DNA from: a virus
Lineage: Duplodnaviria; Caudoviricetes
Reading direction: 5' to 3' (one strand)
Virus record (IMG/VR): IMGVR_UViG_3300046171_000271
Length of the DNA stretch: 64,000 bases
Shown here piece after piece: positions 8,994 through 21,410 of the stretch. A program made the position numbers and the translations under genes. A model generated the notes under the pieces. It saw only the letters and a program-made list of their open reading frames with translations. It made no database searches and was not told the origin of the DNA. Every line of letters begins with the position of its first letter. Position 1 is the first letter of the stretch.

Positions 8994-9937
8994 ATGTCCT
9001 TTTCTGATCTCAAAAAGCAATCTTCTATTGGTTCTCTGACTTCTAAACTTGTCAAAGAAGTAGAGAAGATGAACAACAGCGGTGGTGGAGGTGATGATCG
9101 CCTCTGGAAACCTGAAGTAGATAAAGTTGGTAACGGGTTCGCTGTCCTCCGTTTCCTTCCTGCCCCAGAAGGAGAAGATCTTCCTTGGGCAAAGATGTAC
9201 TCTCATGCCTTTCAAGGCCCTGGTGGTTGGTACATTGAGAATTCTCTCACAACTCTGGGACAAAAGATCCCGTATCAGAGCACAATCGTGAACTGTGGAA
9301 CAGTGGTATCGAATCTAATAAAGATACTGTTCGTAAGCAGAAGCGCAAACTGTCTTACTATGCAAATGTTTATGTCGTGAAGGATCCCACTAATCCTCAC
9401 AACGAAGGTAGTGTCTTCCTTTATAAGTTTGGTAAGAAGATCTTTGACAAGATCATGGAAGCAATGCAACCTGAGTTTGAAGATGAAACTCCTATTAACC
9501 CTTTTGACTTCTGGCAGGGTGCAAACTTTAAACTGAAAATCGTTAAGAAAGACGGTTATTGGAACTATGATAAGTCTGAGTTTGAAGCACCTTCTCCACT
9601 TCTTTCAGATGATGATGCTATGGAAGCAATTTGGAAGAAGCAGTATTCTCTCGCAGGATTGACTGATGCAGATCAATTCAAGTCTTATGAGGATCTTGAG
9701 CGTCGTCTGAAGTATGTTTTGGGACAGAAGTCCCGTACTCCTTCCCCTGCAGATGAAGAGACTGAATATGATGATTATGCAGCAAAAGAGTCTGCAGAAC
9801 GTCAGATTCAAGAGTCATTGACACGTTCTAAGCCTGACTTTAACTCTCCTGATATCACTGCACCTACACCAGTTGTATCTAAAGATGAAGATGAAGATGA
9901 TGCACTCTCGTACTTCCAGAAACTGGCAGAGAGTTAA
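8994..9937 (+). CDS. gp32: Single-stranded DNA-binding protein gp32 (frameshifted as read)
   Basis: DDRLWKP, AVLRFLPAP, GGWYIENSLTT, FGKKIFDKI, NPFDFWQGANFKLKI, acidic tail. Confidence 0.95.
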
Positions 9938-10602
9938 TTAAACAATCTAATATCTTCTCCTCTCTTTAAGGTTCTACTCACATACTGAGTAGAACCTTTT
10001 CTATATTGCATCAATCTTTGAGTATCTTCAAGAATGATTTCAATATATTCTGGTTTCAATAGATAGATATTTCTCTTTGCTTCTTCTTTACGAACTTCAT
10101 AAACATAGTTTGTAACTGCATCTACTTCATTCGTTCTTATAACATATTGATTCCTCTGTCTATCAAAGTATTCAACTTTATAATTTTTAGGAACAGTCAA
10201 ACCTTTAGGCGTTACAATCTCCCCAGAATCATTCTTCAGTTCTCTGGTTTCATAATGATGAATATTATTTGTTTTTTCAATACTTCCATATTTTTTTATT
10301 AAAAACTCATTGAATGCCGACTGGTTCATCGGCCACTCATTTTGAATATTTACAATATTATTTGATAAAAGAACTAACCAATCAAATGTTTCATCACCAT
10401 AAATTTTAAAAGCAATATTGTCAGGACGATCATCACCAACAATTTGATATTTAGTAAAATATGCTAAGTTATCAAGAATATCTTGACGAAGTTTTACTCT
10501 TTTAAATAAGTTTTTTACAACTTGATAATCACCAATGCTCTTGCCATCAGAGTCTCTGTTGACATAATCGAAATTTGGTACTTGTCTAAAATAACTTGCC
10601 AT
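9934..10602 (-). CDS. gp53: Baseplate wedge protein gp53
   Basis: YF..VPNFDY, GDDRPDNIA..IYGD, WLVLLSNNI, WP, HHYET. Confidence 0.88.
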   Translation of the reverse strand: MASYFRQVPNFDYVNRDSDGKSIGDYQVVKNLFKRVKLRQDILDNLAYFTKYQIVGDDRPDNIAFKIYGDETFDWLVLLSNNIVNIQNEWPMNQSAFNEFLIKKYGSIEKTNNIHHYETRELKNDSGEIVTPKGLTVPKNYKVEYFDRQRNQYVIRTNEVDAVTNYVYEVRKEEAKRNIYLLKPEYIEIILEDTQRLMQYRKGSTQYVSRTLKRGEDIRLFN

Positions 10603-11996
10603 TAGTAACCTATATTTGTATCTTCATCATCATAATTATCGCTAGTGATTGGATCAAGTTCATTGAATAACATATCAATTTTATAAGTCGTCATCGTTCT
10701 TGCCGGATCATCAAATGTCATATATGTCGATCCATCACCATATGATGTATTTAGACTAACTAATGCACAATCAAGAATTTTTCCAATAGAAGGATGATCT
10801 TCGCCTTCACCTGTTTTATATTTTATTTCAAATAAATTTGGAGTTACTAAAAACAATTTTTGACTGGATGTTTTAACGGACATTCCTTGTTTAAAAAATC
10901 GTATAATTTTTTTAATTTGAGTTGCCTCCCCTCTACTTCTTGCAGACATTGTGAATGAAAACTTAAAAGTTCTCATTCCTGGTGCTTGGAAAAGCAATTC
11001 CATATTCGGGTTAAGAATACCGCCACCAAGCCTGGAAAGCATTCCTCTTTTTCCCATACCCGTTTCAGCAAGTTTTACTCTAAGTGCTGATATTATATTA
11101 CCACCTTCGTTTGATCCAATAATGTCTCTCAATTGTTCGGGAGTCGCCTTCAATAAATCCGACATTGAATTTATTGCTCCTCCAATCACTTTTCCTGGAT
11201 TTAATAAAAATCCAAAACCTGCTGCATCAATTGCATTAAGTGAATCTGTATTAAAATCTACGTTATTGGTATCATATATTCCTCCGGGAATTGGAAGTGT
11301 TACTGATCCTTCAATTATACCTTTTTCTGTTTTTCTTTTTCCTACGACTAGAGGATCATTTTGTTCAAAATTAAACTCAAAATCTCTTGCCTCTGCAATA
11401 TATTTCATTGTAAATATTATTCTATCTTGCTTTGAAGTAGCAATGGTTTCTGGATAATATAGATTATCATATTTTTGCCGTCGATTTTTTGCTTCTAACA
11501 ATAATGGAACTCCTTCAGGAGATAAACTTTCTTCATTAAAACCGATATTGGAGACTACATCCTTTAAATCCTCTACAAAACTAATATCTACATCCATTTC
11601 TTCTTGTCGCATCCAAAAAAAAGGATCGTGTGTTTGGGGATTTAATCCGAGTTCTTTAGATTTTTTTGCAATCGCATCACCACTGGCATCTGCTAGGTTT
11701 CTTTTTAATGATAATTTACCACTTTCTTGTAATTCTTTTTGTAACTCTTCATCTGCAAATTCTGTAAAATTATCTCCATCTTTGATTAATCTATAATACG
11801 TATTTCCATCTTTTAAATAATATTTATCCCCTTGACTATCCACATCATCGTTGTCTGACTTTTTGTCTTCATATACGTCTTCATCAATTAACTCATATAT
11901 TCTTACATTTCTTAGTTTTTCCCCTTCAATTAACGAGCGTGTCCTAAGATTCTTTTTCTTCTTTGTTGTTACAGTTATTGATTCTATATATGACAT
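10602..11996 (-). CDS. gp48: Baseplate tail-tube cap gp48
   Basis: ILNPNMELLFQAPGMRTFKFSFTMSARS, P..FEIKY; synteny with gp53. Confidence 0.8.
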   Translation of the reverse strand: MSYIESITVTTKKKKNLRTRSLIEGEKLRNVRIYELIDEDVYEDKKSDNDDVDSQGDKYYLKDGNTYYRLIKDGDNFTEFADEELQKELQESGKLSLKRNLADASGDAIAKKSKELGLNPQTHDPFFWMRQEEMDVDISFVEDLKDVVSNIGFNEESLSPEGVPLLLEAKNRRQKYDNLYYPETIATSKQDRIIFTMKYIAEARDFEFNFEQNDPLVVGKRKTEKGIIEGSVTLPIPGGIYDTNNVDFNTDSLNAIDAAGFGFLLNPGKVIGGAINSMSDLLKATPEQLRDIIGSNEGGNIISALRVKLAETGMGKRGMLSRLGGGILNPNMELLFQAPGMRTFKFSFTMSARSRGEATQIKKIIRFFKQGMSVKTSSQKLFLVTPNLFEIKYKTGEGEDHPSIGKILDCALVSLNTSYGDGSTYMTFDDPARTMTTYKIDMLFNELDPITSDNYDDEDTNIGY

Positions 11997-12015
11997 TAGT
12001 CAGACTTTTTTCTAT

Positions 12016-12510
12016 TTATGGGTTTGTGAGATAATATGCATAGGGAATATCAAGCAATGATTGAAGTTCACTTGTTCTAACAAGATGCAAACTTCCTGGT
12101 ATCTCATTCCAGGTATAGTTTCTTACTTTATTCCAGTGAAAGTTTAGTCCAGTGAATCCCCAACGATTTACGCTAGTCACAGCGACTAGCGGATGTTGAT
12201 CATATTTAAGTTTGGGAGTTTTTGCATTGTAGATATACGTATATACTTCACCGAGATCTGGAATAACCACAGTTTCATTCAATATTGCCATTATCTCAAG
12301 CATCATTTCTTCAGGATCTCCTAAGTCTCTGATAGAGTCTTTTTCGGGTTCAATGCGATTATCACCAACTTGTTCTTCAAATTGATGTTCATCTGCGGTT
12401 TGTCCTTCTTCACGTTTTAGACGCTTTTCTTCTTCTCTTGCATCAATTTGTGCCTTCACTTCTTCATAGGAAGGCCCACCTGCTCTTCTTCGTTTAGCCC
12501 TTCTTGCCAT
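12016..12510 (-). CDS. DNA end protector gp2-like protein
   Basis: YTYIYNAKT..YDQHPLV, GFTGLNFHW; position between gp48 and gp4. Confidence 0.6.
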   Translation of the reverse strand: MARRAKRRRAGGPSYEEVKAQIDAREEEKRLKREEGQTADEHQFEEQVGDNRIEPEKDSIRDLGDPEEMMLEIMAILNETVVIPDLGEVYTYIYNAKTPKLKYDQHPLVAVTSVNRWGFTGLNFHWNKVRNYTWNEIPGSLHLVRTSELQSLLDIPYAYYLTNP

Positions 12511-12936
12511 AATTGATACCTAACTCGTCTTCTGTGATGATTTTAAATTCGATCAATCTATCAGCACACCATTCACGAGCTGCATTCCACTTTGCTTGAT
12601 TAATAGCATAGGTTTTGCATTCAAACAAAGAAGACTTACTGGTTGGTTTTTTAGTTTGCTTCTTTGGTTTAACTTCAATAACATATGTCTTCACTTGTCC
12701 TGTACTTTCCTTAACTTTTATGATAAAATCGGGGAAGTATCTGTGAACTCTTTTATCAACTGGTGACAAGTATGGGATAAGAATTCTTCACTACCCCACT
12801 CAAGGATATTTTCAGTTAAGTCGCACCACTTACAGAAACGTCTTTCCCAGTTGCTTCTGCATATAATATTATTCGCATTTCCTTTATATTTTTTAGGATT
12901 GGAAGGATTGTAGATACTTTTCTTACTAACTCCCAT
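12494..12936 (-). CDS. gp4: Head completion nuclease gp4 (frameshifted as read)
   Basis: NPKKYKGN..NIICRSNWERRFCKWCD, WGSEE, HRYFPDF, IEVKP, AINQAKW.AA. Confidence 0.9.
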
Positions 12937-12965
12937 ACATAATATATACGGTAACAACTATTTAG

Positions 12966-13820
12966 ATGGCAACGGCAAAACCGACTAAAAAAACAGTTGC
13001 TGATTTAAAAACAAATATATTAAATCCAGCACTTACATCTACTTATGAATGTTCCTTTGCTTTTCCTGGTGCAGTCACAAAGTGGGCTAATAATAAAACG
13101 ACTGGAATCGGCAATGGTATAGATGTAATTAAATCACAAAATTTAACGATAGCATGTAGAGAGGCATCACTTCCTGGAACCTTCTTTAGCAACTCATGAG
13201 ATGTTAAATGACTTTCACTGGTATTAGAGAAAGACACGTATATAGAAGACAATATGATGACACTGCATCATTTACATTTTATGTTGATGTAAATTATGAC
13301 TTGATTTTTATTTTTGAAAACTGGTTAAATTTTATTGTCAATCAAGATTCATCTGATCCCACTGTAAATAATCCAAATTATTCTTATAGGGTAAATTTTC
13401 CTAATGAGTATAAATCTCAAATTTTTATAAGAAAATTCGAGAGAGATTATGCTGGAAGAAATTTGGAATATACATTTTTTGATGCATATCCAAGTTCAAT
13501 TAATTCGATGCCAGTCACTTATGATGAATCTCAGGTTCTTCAGATGTACGGTAAACTTTAATTTCTCTCGTTATGTAATCAATGCTCCTAGTGGATTCAC
13601 TCCATATTCAGAATTACTTGCTCCAGAAACTACTACTAACCTCCCTGAAGAACAACAAAAATCATCTGTAATCAATGATGCAACTCCTATAGGAACTTTG
13701 GGAGGCACAGAAAATAATCGCGGTGTGGAAAGAGATACCGGATCAGGGGCCCCCCTAGATGGATCAACCGATCCAGAACCCATTACCACAAGACAGGCGC
13801 TTGGATTAGATCCTCTTTAA
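12966..13820 (+). CDS. Tail-tube/baseplate protein, gp54/gp19-like (frameshifted as read)
   Basis: CREASLPG, RQYDDT..FTFYVD, YTFFDAYP.SI..MP..Y, VNFNFSRY. Confidence 0.6.
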
Positions 13821-13825
13821 GGATA

Positions 13826-13832
13826 ATAAATA
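13826..13832 (+). promoter_or_regulatory. T4-type late promoter box
   Basis: ATAAATA ~20 nt before gp26. Confidence 0.55.
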
Positions 13833-13852
13833 CACATACTGAATAACATATC

Positions 13853-14540
13853 ATGCCTTTACCAAAAATTTCTACACCAACTTATGAGTTGGAATTGCCT
13901 TCAACTGGAAAAACAATCAAGTTTCGTCCCTTTCTTGTCAAAGAAGAAAAGTTATTAGTTCTTGCCTTAGAAAGTAACGATACGAAAGAAATCACCAACG
14001 CTATTAAGGCAGTATTAAAGGATTGTATTCAAACAAGAGGTATCAAAGTAGAGAGTCTTCCTACTTTTGACATTGAATATTTGTTCCTTAATATTCGTGG
14101 CAAATCTGTTGGTGAAGAAATTGAGGTAAGTATTCTCTGTCCTGATGATGGGGAAACTTATGCTGAAGTACAAATTAATATTGATGATATAAATGTTTTA
14201 AAAGATAGTAAACACTCTAACAAAATTAAAATTGATGATGACGTTGATGATGGAAATGAGATATCCCTCATTAAATGAGTTCATTAAGAATAATTTTGAT
14301 TTTGAAACCACTAATCAAGTAGATCAGTCATTTGATCTTATTGCATCTTGTGTAGATAAAATTTATTCTGAAGATGAAGTATGGGCATCTGATGATTTCT
14401 CTAAAAAAGAAATCATGGAATTTTTGGAGCAAATGAATTCTTCTCAATTTAAAGAAATTGAAAAGTTCTTTTCTACTATGCCCAAGTTAAGTCATGAGAT
14501 TGAGGTTTTAAATCCAAAGACTAATAAAAAGGAACAGTAG
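13853..14540 (+). CDS. gp26: Baseplate hub subunit gp26 (frameshifted as read)
   Basis: MPLPKISTPTYELELPSTGK, FRPFLVKEEK, DIEYLFLNIRGKSVGE, FFSTMPKL. Confidence 0.9.
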
Positions 14541-14583
14541 TTCTAGAGGGACTTTCAAGTTTTTTCGCATAGCACTCTCCCAT

Positions 14584-14754
14584 ATGAATTTGGAGAGTTT
14601 CTTTAAATTAAATTTTTCTTTGATTCAGTTTCATAAATACTCATTAACAGAGATTGAAAATATGATACCTTGGGAGAGAGATGTGTATGTCGAACTTCTG
14701 AGATCCCATTTAGAGGAAGAGAAACTTAAGATGCAACAGCAGCAAGGGAAATGA
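14584..14754 (+). CDS. gp51: Baseplate hub assembly catalyst gp51
   Basis: 56 aa; NFSLIQFHKYSLTEIENMIPWERDVYV (my translation; below ORF-track cutoff). Confidence 0.85.
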   Translation: MNLESFFKLNFSLIQFHKYSLTEIENMIPWERDVYVELLRSHLEEEKLKMQQQQGK

Positions 14755-17380
14755 TTATTGACATCCCATCAAATTTAAAACTTCCACCAAATTTCCTCTA
14801 TAGTAAAGGAGTATCTGGAAGATTCAGTGTCGAATTTGATTCTGATTTTGATGCTGTAATATATTTCGCTGGCAAATCTCCTTCTCCTAAAGGTAAAACT
14901 CAAAAACCTTTGATGGATTGGTTGATGAGTCTTGGAATTACTTTTGATGATATTAGGGATCATCGCAATAAAATACTTGATGTGATAAGGCAACTAACAG
15001 ATGTTGCCATGGATTCAAATTATGTTACAGTACCTCCTATACCTCAAAGTTTTACTGTAGAAAATGAAGAAGAAAGTGAGTCTGAAAATAATGAAAATTT
15101 AGATGCTCTTCTTGCATCTATTAGATCAAAAAAGATGAGTCTGCCAGTGAGAGAGATTTGGATGCACTTCTTGCATCTGTCAGATCTGAGGAGACATCTA
15201 CTACAATTAATCCTGCTAAATTTTTCGATAATGATGAATATGACGATTACTACAAAGAATTAGTTGATGAAGGTTCTATTGACGATCAAAATCTTTCATC
15301 AAATGAAAGACAAAGAGGAATTGCTGCCTTTAGAAGTAATAAATTAGATTTCAAAAAATTTGTTACTGATATACAATCATTAAAACCTGAAGTTGAACAA
15401 CTTAATCAAGAACCTCTAACAATTAAAGAGCAGTTTTTTACTGCACCAAAGATTGAACCAGATAAGTTAATACCTTCTAAAGATAAAGAAGCACTTAAAA
15501 TTGAACCAGATAAGTTAATACCTTCTAAAAATTCAGAAATAAGTGAGGAATTTAACGAAAAACTTGATGAGCTCATTGCAGTTATCAAGGATGATAATAA
15601 GTTAGAAGAAGAAAGTCAAAAATTTGAAAATAGAGAAAAACAAAGAGAGAAAAGAAAAAATAGAGAAAATAGAATAGAAAATAAAAAACGAACGAAATTA
15701 TTTTCAATAGATCTGAAAAAAGGCACTGGAAAAGTCAGTAACTTTTTTGACGATTTGATGAACTTTTTAACATTTGCTGTATTAGGTGGTTTAGTATCTG
15801 GGTTATATAATTTTATTATGGATCCCGAAAATAATGAAAAGATTGAAGCAACCCAGAAATTTTTAAAAAATAATTGGCCTTTACTTTTAGGCGCTGCGGC
15901 ATATTTTTTAACACCTTTAGGCGGACTTGTTAATTTTTTAGTGAAAACTATTGGGAGTTTTGCTATAAGACTTGGTGCTTTGATTCTTAAACATCCTTTA
16001 TTAGCAGCTGCATTGGTTGGTGCAAGTGCCCTTGTCTTGGCAACAGCCGATGAGGCTGCTGGTGGTATTGTAAAAGAGATGGATGCAGAAGGAAGACTTC
16101 CAGGTGATCCAGGGTATGATGAACGCACTAAAGGAAAGATAACACTAGACAAATTGAAAGAAGTAAGGCCAGATTTAGTACAAGAAGCAGAAAAAGAGGG
16201 TACTACTAGCGAAGAGGAGATAGAAGCAGAAAAAACAATTATCGGAGATGGTTTAGCTGGATTTAGTCTTGGTGGTATGAATATGGGAACAGACACTGTT
16301 CCTGCTTTATTAACTCCAGGTGAAGTTGTTATGAACAAACCTGCTGTTGATGCAATTGGTGCAGAATCTCTCTTAGCACTTAATAGACAATTTGGCGGGC
16401 CTAATGCTAATCGCCCAAAATTTGGAAAAGTGCCAGGTTATGCTCTTGGTGGATATATTGGTGACAACCCTCCTAAATCCAGAGATCAATCTCTTTTAGC
16501 TTCTAATGTTAGTTTTGGTGGAAATGTTAATGTAAGTTATGGTGCTAATCCTGCACAAGCAACATATCAATCATTAAGAGATGCTATTAATAATGCAATT
16601 AGTAATCCAGGACAAGCACAGTCAGCATCTTCAGAGATGGGTGAAACGCGGACTACAATAAGTGGCAACTTAAATTTAAGTGGTACATTTGGTGGTGGAA
16701 ATGATGTACAGAGAGAAAAGAAAAAGAAGAAGAAAAAAGAAGAAGAAAGTCAGTATGATCCCGATAATCCTAAGCATAGACTTAAATCAGAGGTATTAAA
16801 AATAAGAGAAGAAAGACAAGCAGAACTTCGCAAAGAGAACAAATTCGAGACAAAAACTATGTTTGCAGTTCCTACTGGAACTGGTGGAAGATTTAACACT
16901 AGTCAAGCATCAGGATCCAATAAAGTGTCTCCATTTAAACCAGTAGGAACAAATATAACTGGCGGCACAAATTTTAGTAGACTGAAAATTATTGGAGATC
17001 CTACTGGCCCTGGATCAACTGGACGTGTAATTAGTGAAAAAAGATATGATAGACTCTTTGGATCCGGAGGAGTATATGCACCTGATGCTACCGGAACTAG
17101 AAAAACAGTGCCAAGTACTATTGGAAAACCATATGCGGGCAGTAAAATGGAGATGACAATACAAAATTTCGGTTTTCAAAGTTCTAGTAAAAATGCTCGT
17201 CCTGTAAATACTCCTAATATACCCACAGAAACAAGAAACTTCATGTTACCTCCAGTCGAAGTTTCAAGCAGTAAACCGAACATGGGTAGTAATCAAATGT
17301 AGATGTTCCATCATTTAATATTTCATCATCAAACACGATGAGAGATTTTGTTTCTCGTGGTATTGGTATTCATGATCTGG
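14751..17380 (+). CDS. Large tail/baseplate protein, tape-measure-like (frameshifted as read)
   Basis: ORFs 14751-15263 and 15158-17302 join; charged coiled region, hydrophobic segments, GTDTVPALLTPGEVVM motif; end approximate. Confidence 0.6.
15452..15529 (+). repeat. 30-bp direct repeat with 48-nt period (IEPDKLIPSK x2)
   Basis: ATTGAACCAGATAAGTTAATACCTTCTAAA at 15452 and 15500. Confidence 0.9.
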
Positions 17381-17387
17381 TAGGTGC

Positions 17388-20113
17388 ATGATGAAATTAA
17401 CTAATTTTAGTTCAGTTGTCAGTACATATAAAGAAAATTTTCTTTTAAGAAAGAAAAGGTTTTTTGATGAAAAAAAACAAATAGGGGATGAAAAGAGAAA
17501 AGAAAGAGAAGAAAATATAGAAACCGTTAAGGCAGTAGAACCTCTTATAAAAACCAGCACGGGTAAAAGAACTAAACCAAATAATTTTCTTGATGGCATA
17601 TACAGGTTTTTGGGTTTGCTTTAGCTGGATTAGTATTGAGTAATCTTGATAGTATAATTTCTATAGCATCTGAAATTTATAAAAAAATAAAAGAACTTAA
17701 AGAAGGAATTGAAAATTTTGTAACTAGTATTCAAGATACAATTGATTCATTTTATAGTGGTTTTGAATCCTTCAAACAAGACTTAGACGACTTATTATCT
17801 CCTATTACAAATGCAGATTTGTCTGTAATTGAACCATTTAAAGAGCAACTTGAAGCAGTTTTATTTGCTACATTAGGAGTTGTTGATAATCTTTTTAAAA
17901 AAATTCCGGATGGATCACCATCGCCCAAACCATCACCTTCAACGCCACAGCCACCAACACCACGTCCTATCTCAAGATTTAGAGCTCCTGGACAATCTCT
18001 TGCTGGGGGTACATTTCAAGAAAATTTAAACAGACAACAACTAACAAGACAAAGAATGCTGTCGCCAAGAGGCCAGACAGGCCCTCTTGGTAGACTTAAC
18101 ATGATGAGAAGAGGATTTGGAGCTCGTCTTGAAACTGGAACTGCATTTAGGGGGGTGGGAAGTGGTGCTCAAAGGGGTGCTGTAAGGACATTTAGACAAA
18201 TAAAAAATCTTAAAAATATTGGTAGAATTGGTGGACGTGGACTTGGAGGAAGAATTCCTATTATTGGCCCTCTTCTTTTAGGTTATGATGCTTATATGGA
18301 GGATTTAGATGGTGATGGAAATCCAGATAGAAATATTGATAAGTCATTATTTGTTGCAGGTGGAGCTGCTATCGGAGGTTTTTTAGGAACATTCATTCCA
18401 ATTCCAGTACTGGGTTCAATTTTAGGAACATCAATTGGTGGATACGTTGGAGATTTATTTTATACCTTACTTAAAGGTGGTGGAGCAAAAGAAGTAGGAC
18501 GAAAACTAAAACAAGATGTTTTAAAAATTATTGATGCTGGAAATTTAGTTAAAGATTGGATATTAAGAGGTATTGGTAATATACAAAATCAAGACGGTGG
18601 AATACTTGGCAATATTCCAATTGGTATACCATTTACTAATATGAAGTTTAAACTTGGTGGATGGGCAGAAATATTAAATCCACTTGGTGATCCTTTTAAA
18701 AAATTATCTATTCTTAAAAAATCATTCTTCTCAGGACAGAATGTAGGAGATTCAACAGTCACAGCATTTATAGGAGATGATTCTTCCGATGATGATTCTC
18801 CTGATGATGATTTTCCTGATGGTGGAAGAAATATAGGATCTCAAAATATAATTCCAAACAGCGCCGAGGAGATAAGAATTGCTGCAGCTTTATATACTGA
18901 AGGAGGTAGGGGAAAATCAGCCACAGACGTTTTACAAGTAGTAGCAAATAGAAAAGCAAGTGGGTACAAGGGTTATAAAGGAGACAATTCTTTTACTGGT
19001 TTATTGGCAGCGGATAATCAGTTTCAAGGTGTATATGACAGAGGACAAGATGCGTTTGTAAAAATACAAACCCTTGCTGATGCTGCAAGATGGGCTGGGA
19101 CTACAGAGCAAGTAATTAAGGGTTATATTGCTGATATGCGAGATCGAGGTTATAGATCAGATTCTGCAAGATTTGTTAAGGGAGCAGTCGAATTTAGAGG
19201 ATCTCCCGCAACTGTTTTAAAAGTGAATAGTGACAATAATCCAAATAATAATATACCTGCAGATGCAAAAGGAAGAATACGAAACAGTGCATGGCGTGGT
19301 GGATCTGGTGATAATCAATTCTTTACAACGCCTGATGATCAGGGGGCTGGAACTAAGGCTTCTCCTATACTTTATAAGGGGGTTACTACTACTCTTAATA
19401 GGAAAAATGAAAATAATACAAAAACAACTTATGCTATTCTTTGCTATGGAACAAATGATTTTAGCTTGAGTGAATCTGAGATTAAGAAGAGAGCCACTAG
19501 AATGATTAGGGACTTGAAGTCAAAGGGGTATAATGTTGTCGTTGTTCCACCAAGTCCTCAACTTTATATTAGCAGAACTAAACAATCATACAAAGCACCA
19601 TATAGAGGTGTTCTTTCTGCAGCTGCTGAGACAGGAGTTGATATAGAATTTGGAGTATATGCACCAACAGATCAACTGGGAAAATATGTACACCTTACAC
19701 AGCGTGAAGCCGATAGAATCCGTAAAGATTATCAACCAGCAATTTATGTTGGTGATAGCAATGCGGTGAAAATTGCAGGTAAACTTAAAGAAGCAAAAGC
19801 GCAAATAAAGGGTAAATCCATCACCACATCTGTGGATGGTTATGGCGGAGATAAAATCCAAGCATTGATTAATAACATAATTTCATCATCACCAACTATA
19901 ACACCAACCAGACTAACAGTACCATTAGAAGAAATATCAAGAAATTTAGACAGTCCTGAGGGAAGAGAATATTTTAGACGTTTAGATGCAGGAGAACTTA
20001 CGGGCACTCTTGTTAGTAGTGCGGGATTAAATCAACCTACTACATATTCTATGAACGGTATACAAACTAGAGAAATAATTAACAATATCATATTACCTAT
20101 AAGCGTTGCCTAA
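17388..20113 (+). CDS. Large tail-associated protein with SleB-like cell-wall hydrolase and SGNH-like domains (frameshift near 17620)
   Basis: AAALYTEG..DVLQVVANR..NQFQGV; CYGTND, D..VH, YVGDS motifs. Confidence 0.65.
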
Positions 20114-20114
20114 G

Positions 20115-21410
20115 ATGAAAGGAAACAAACCTGTAAATTATAGAAAATTAGAAGTATTTTCTAATGAAAATGATGACTCTGTAGATATCAGAGGTGGTGT
20201 TCCTGTGCTTGAATATCGTGAGAGTGTCCTCAGTCCTTATATTACAATTGATTTAAGTATCATTGATGCTGGAACAGCATCACCAGCAAAAGATGGTTCT
20301 AGAGGAACCATAGGAATCTTAGAATCAATCAAACTTCAAGGGACAGAAAAATTTAAATTAAAGTTAGAGGATCAGTTTGGTAATCAAATTGATCTCTCCG
20401 GAGAAGATGATCTACGACTCGCTAAGACAATGTTTGCCGGTAAGGGAGTTAATCAATCATCCTGCTCTGTAAGAATTGTGTCAAAAGAAGCTTATGACAA
20501 CACTCTCTTAAAAAATAGAATGATAAATTCTTATCTCGGAAAAGGTGATGTTATCATAAGAGAAGCACTTAAGTCACTAAAGACTGAAAAAGATTTATTT
20601 GCAGATACAACACAGAATGACATACAATTTAATGGTGATGATAGATATCCTTTTGAGATGTGTTTGGATGTTCAAAAAGTATCAATTCCTGTAGGAATAA
20701 AGAGTGCTGGGTTTTTATTTTGGGAAACATCAAAGGGATATAACTTTAAATCTCTTGATAAGATGTTTGATACGACTGGAAAGACTATCAAAAAATTTGA
20801 AGAGACAGGATTTGCAGATAGTCGTGTTAGTCCTGGTTATGATGGAAAAATTCTTAAATCAAGTTTTCTTCTTATCACTGATATGCTCAAACAGTTTGAA
20901 GAAGGAGCACATAACACTGAATTAGATCTTTTCAATCCTTTCAATAAAACGTTAGTATTTCAAACTCTTGAAACATCAGAAGATGATTATGAAAAAAATA
21001 CCATACAAGCTGGGGTTGATACTCCAGTATTAAGTGATGAATATAGAAATGAAGCAACTAATAGTTTACATAGAACAAAAGATGTTGGACAGAAGATTAA
21101 TCCAGGAGGAGGATTAGCAGATATTGATGACACAAAATTCGATATTGTCAAGACTTCCGCACAATCATTGCAGAATTATAGGCGAAAATTTGGTTTATCC
21201 CTTAATATAGTAATTGATGCAGATCTTTCATTGAGTGCTGGTGATCTTATCTTCTGCAAATTCCCTGAAACTTCTCAAAAGAAGAGTCAGTCTGGAAGTC
21301 CAAAAGATAGTGGCATATATATGATAGCGGATTTGTGTCATTATAGTACGCCAACACAGGCGTTTACTGGATTAAATTTAGTACGAGATTCTTACGGAGT
21401 TAAAAGTTAA
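20115..21410 (+). CDS. Putative baseplate hub protein
   Basis: ~430-aa intact ORF; EYRESVLSP, FLFWET..GYNFKSLD, C-terminal SG.YMIADLCH beta-barrel-like segment; position before gp5-like gene. Confidence 0.5.
   Translation: MKGNKPVNYRKLEVFSNENDDSVDIRGGVPVLEYRESVLSPYITIDLSIIDAGTASPAKDGSRGTIGILESIKLQGTEKFKLKLEDQFGNQIDLSGEDDLRLAKTMFAGKGVNQSSCSVRIVSKEAYDNTLLKNRMINSYLGKGDVIIREALKSLKTEKDLFADTTQNDIQFNGDDRYPFEMCLDVQKVSIPVGIKSAGFLFWETSKGYNFKSLDKMFDTTGKTIKKFEETGFADSRVSPGYDGKILKSSFLLITDMLKQFEEGAHNTELDLFNPFNKTLVFQTLETSEDDYEKNTIQAGVDTPVLSDEYRNEATNSLHRTKDVGQKINPGGGLADIDDTKFDIVKTSAQSLQNYRRKFGLSLNIVIDADLSLSAGDLIFCKFPETSQKKSQSGSPKDSGIYMIADLCHYSTPTQAFTGLNLVRDSYGVKS

Noticed and set aside
5325-9937. Group I introns or inteins in thyX, phoH or gp32
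   Set aside because: Reconstructed lengths are ordinary and there is no inserted sequence
10951-11796. Long plus-strand ORFs opposite gp48, and similar antisense ORFs (15616-16338, 25144-25785, 51312-51788, 54716-55372)
   Set aside because: Shadow ORFs of well-supported genes; Ser/Ile/Phe-rich sequence typical of reverse-complement frames
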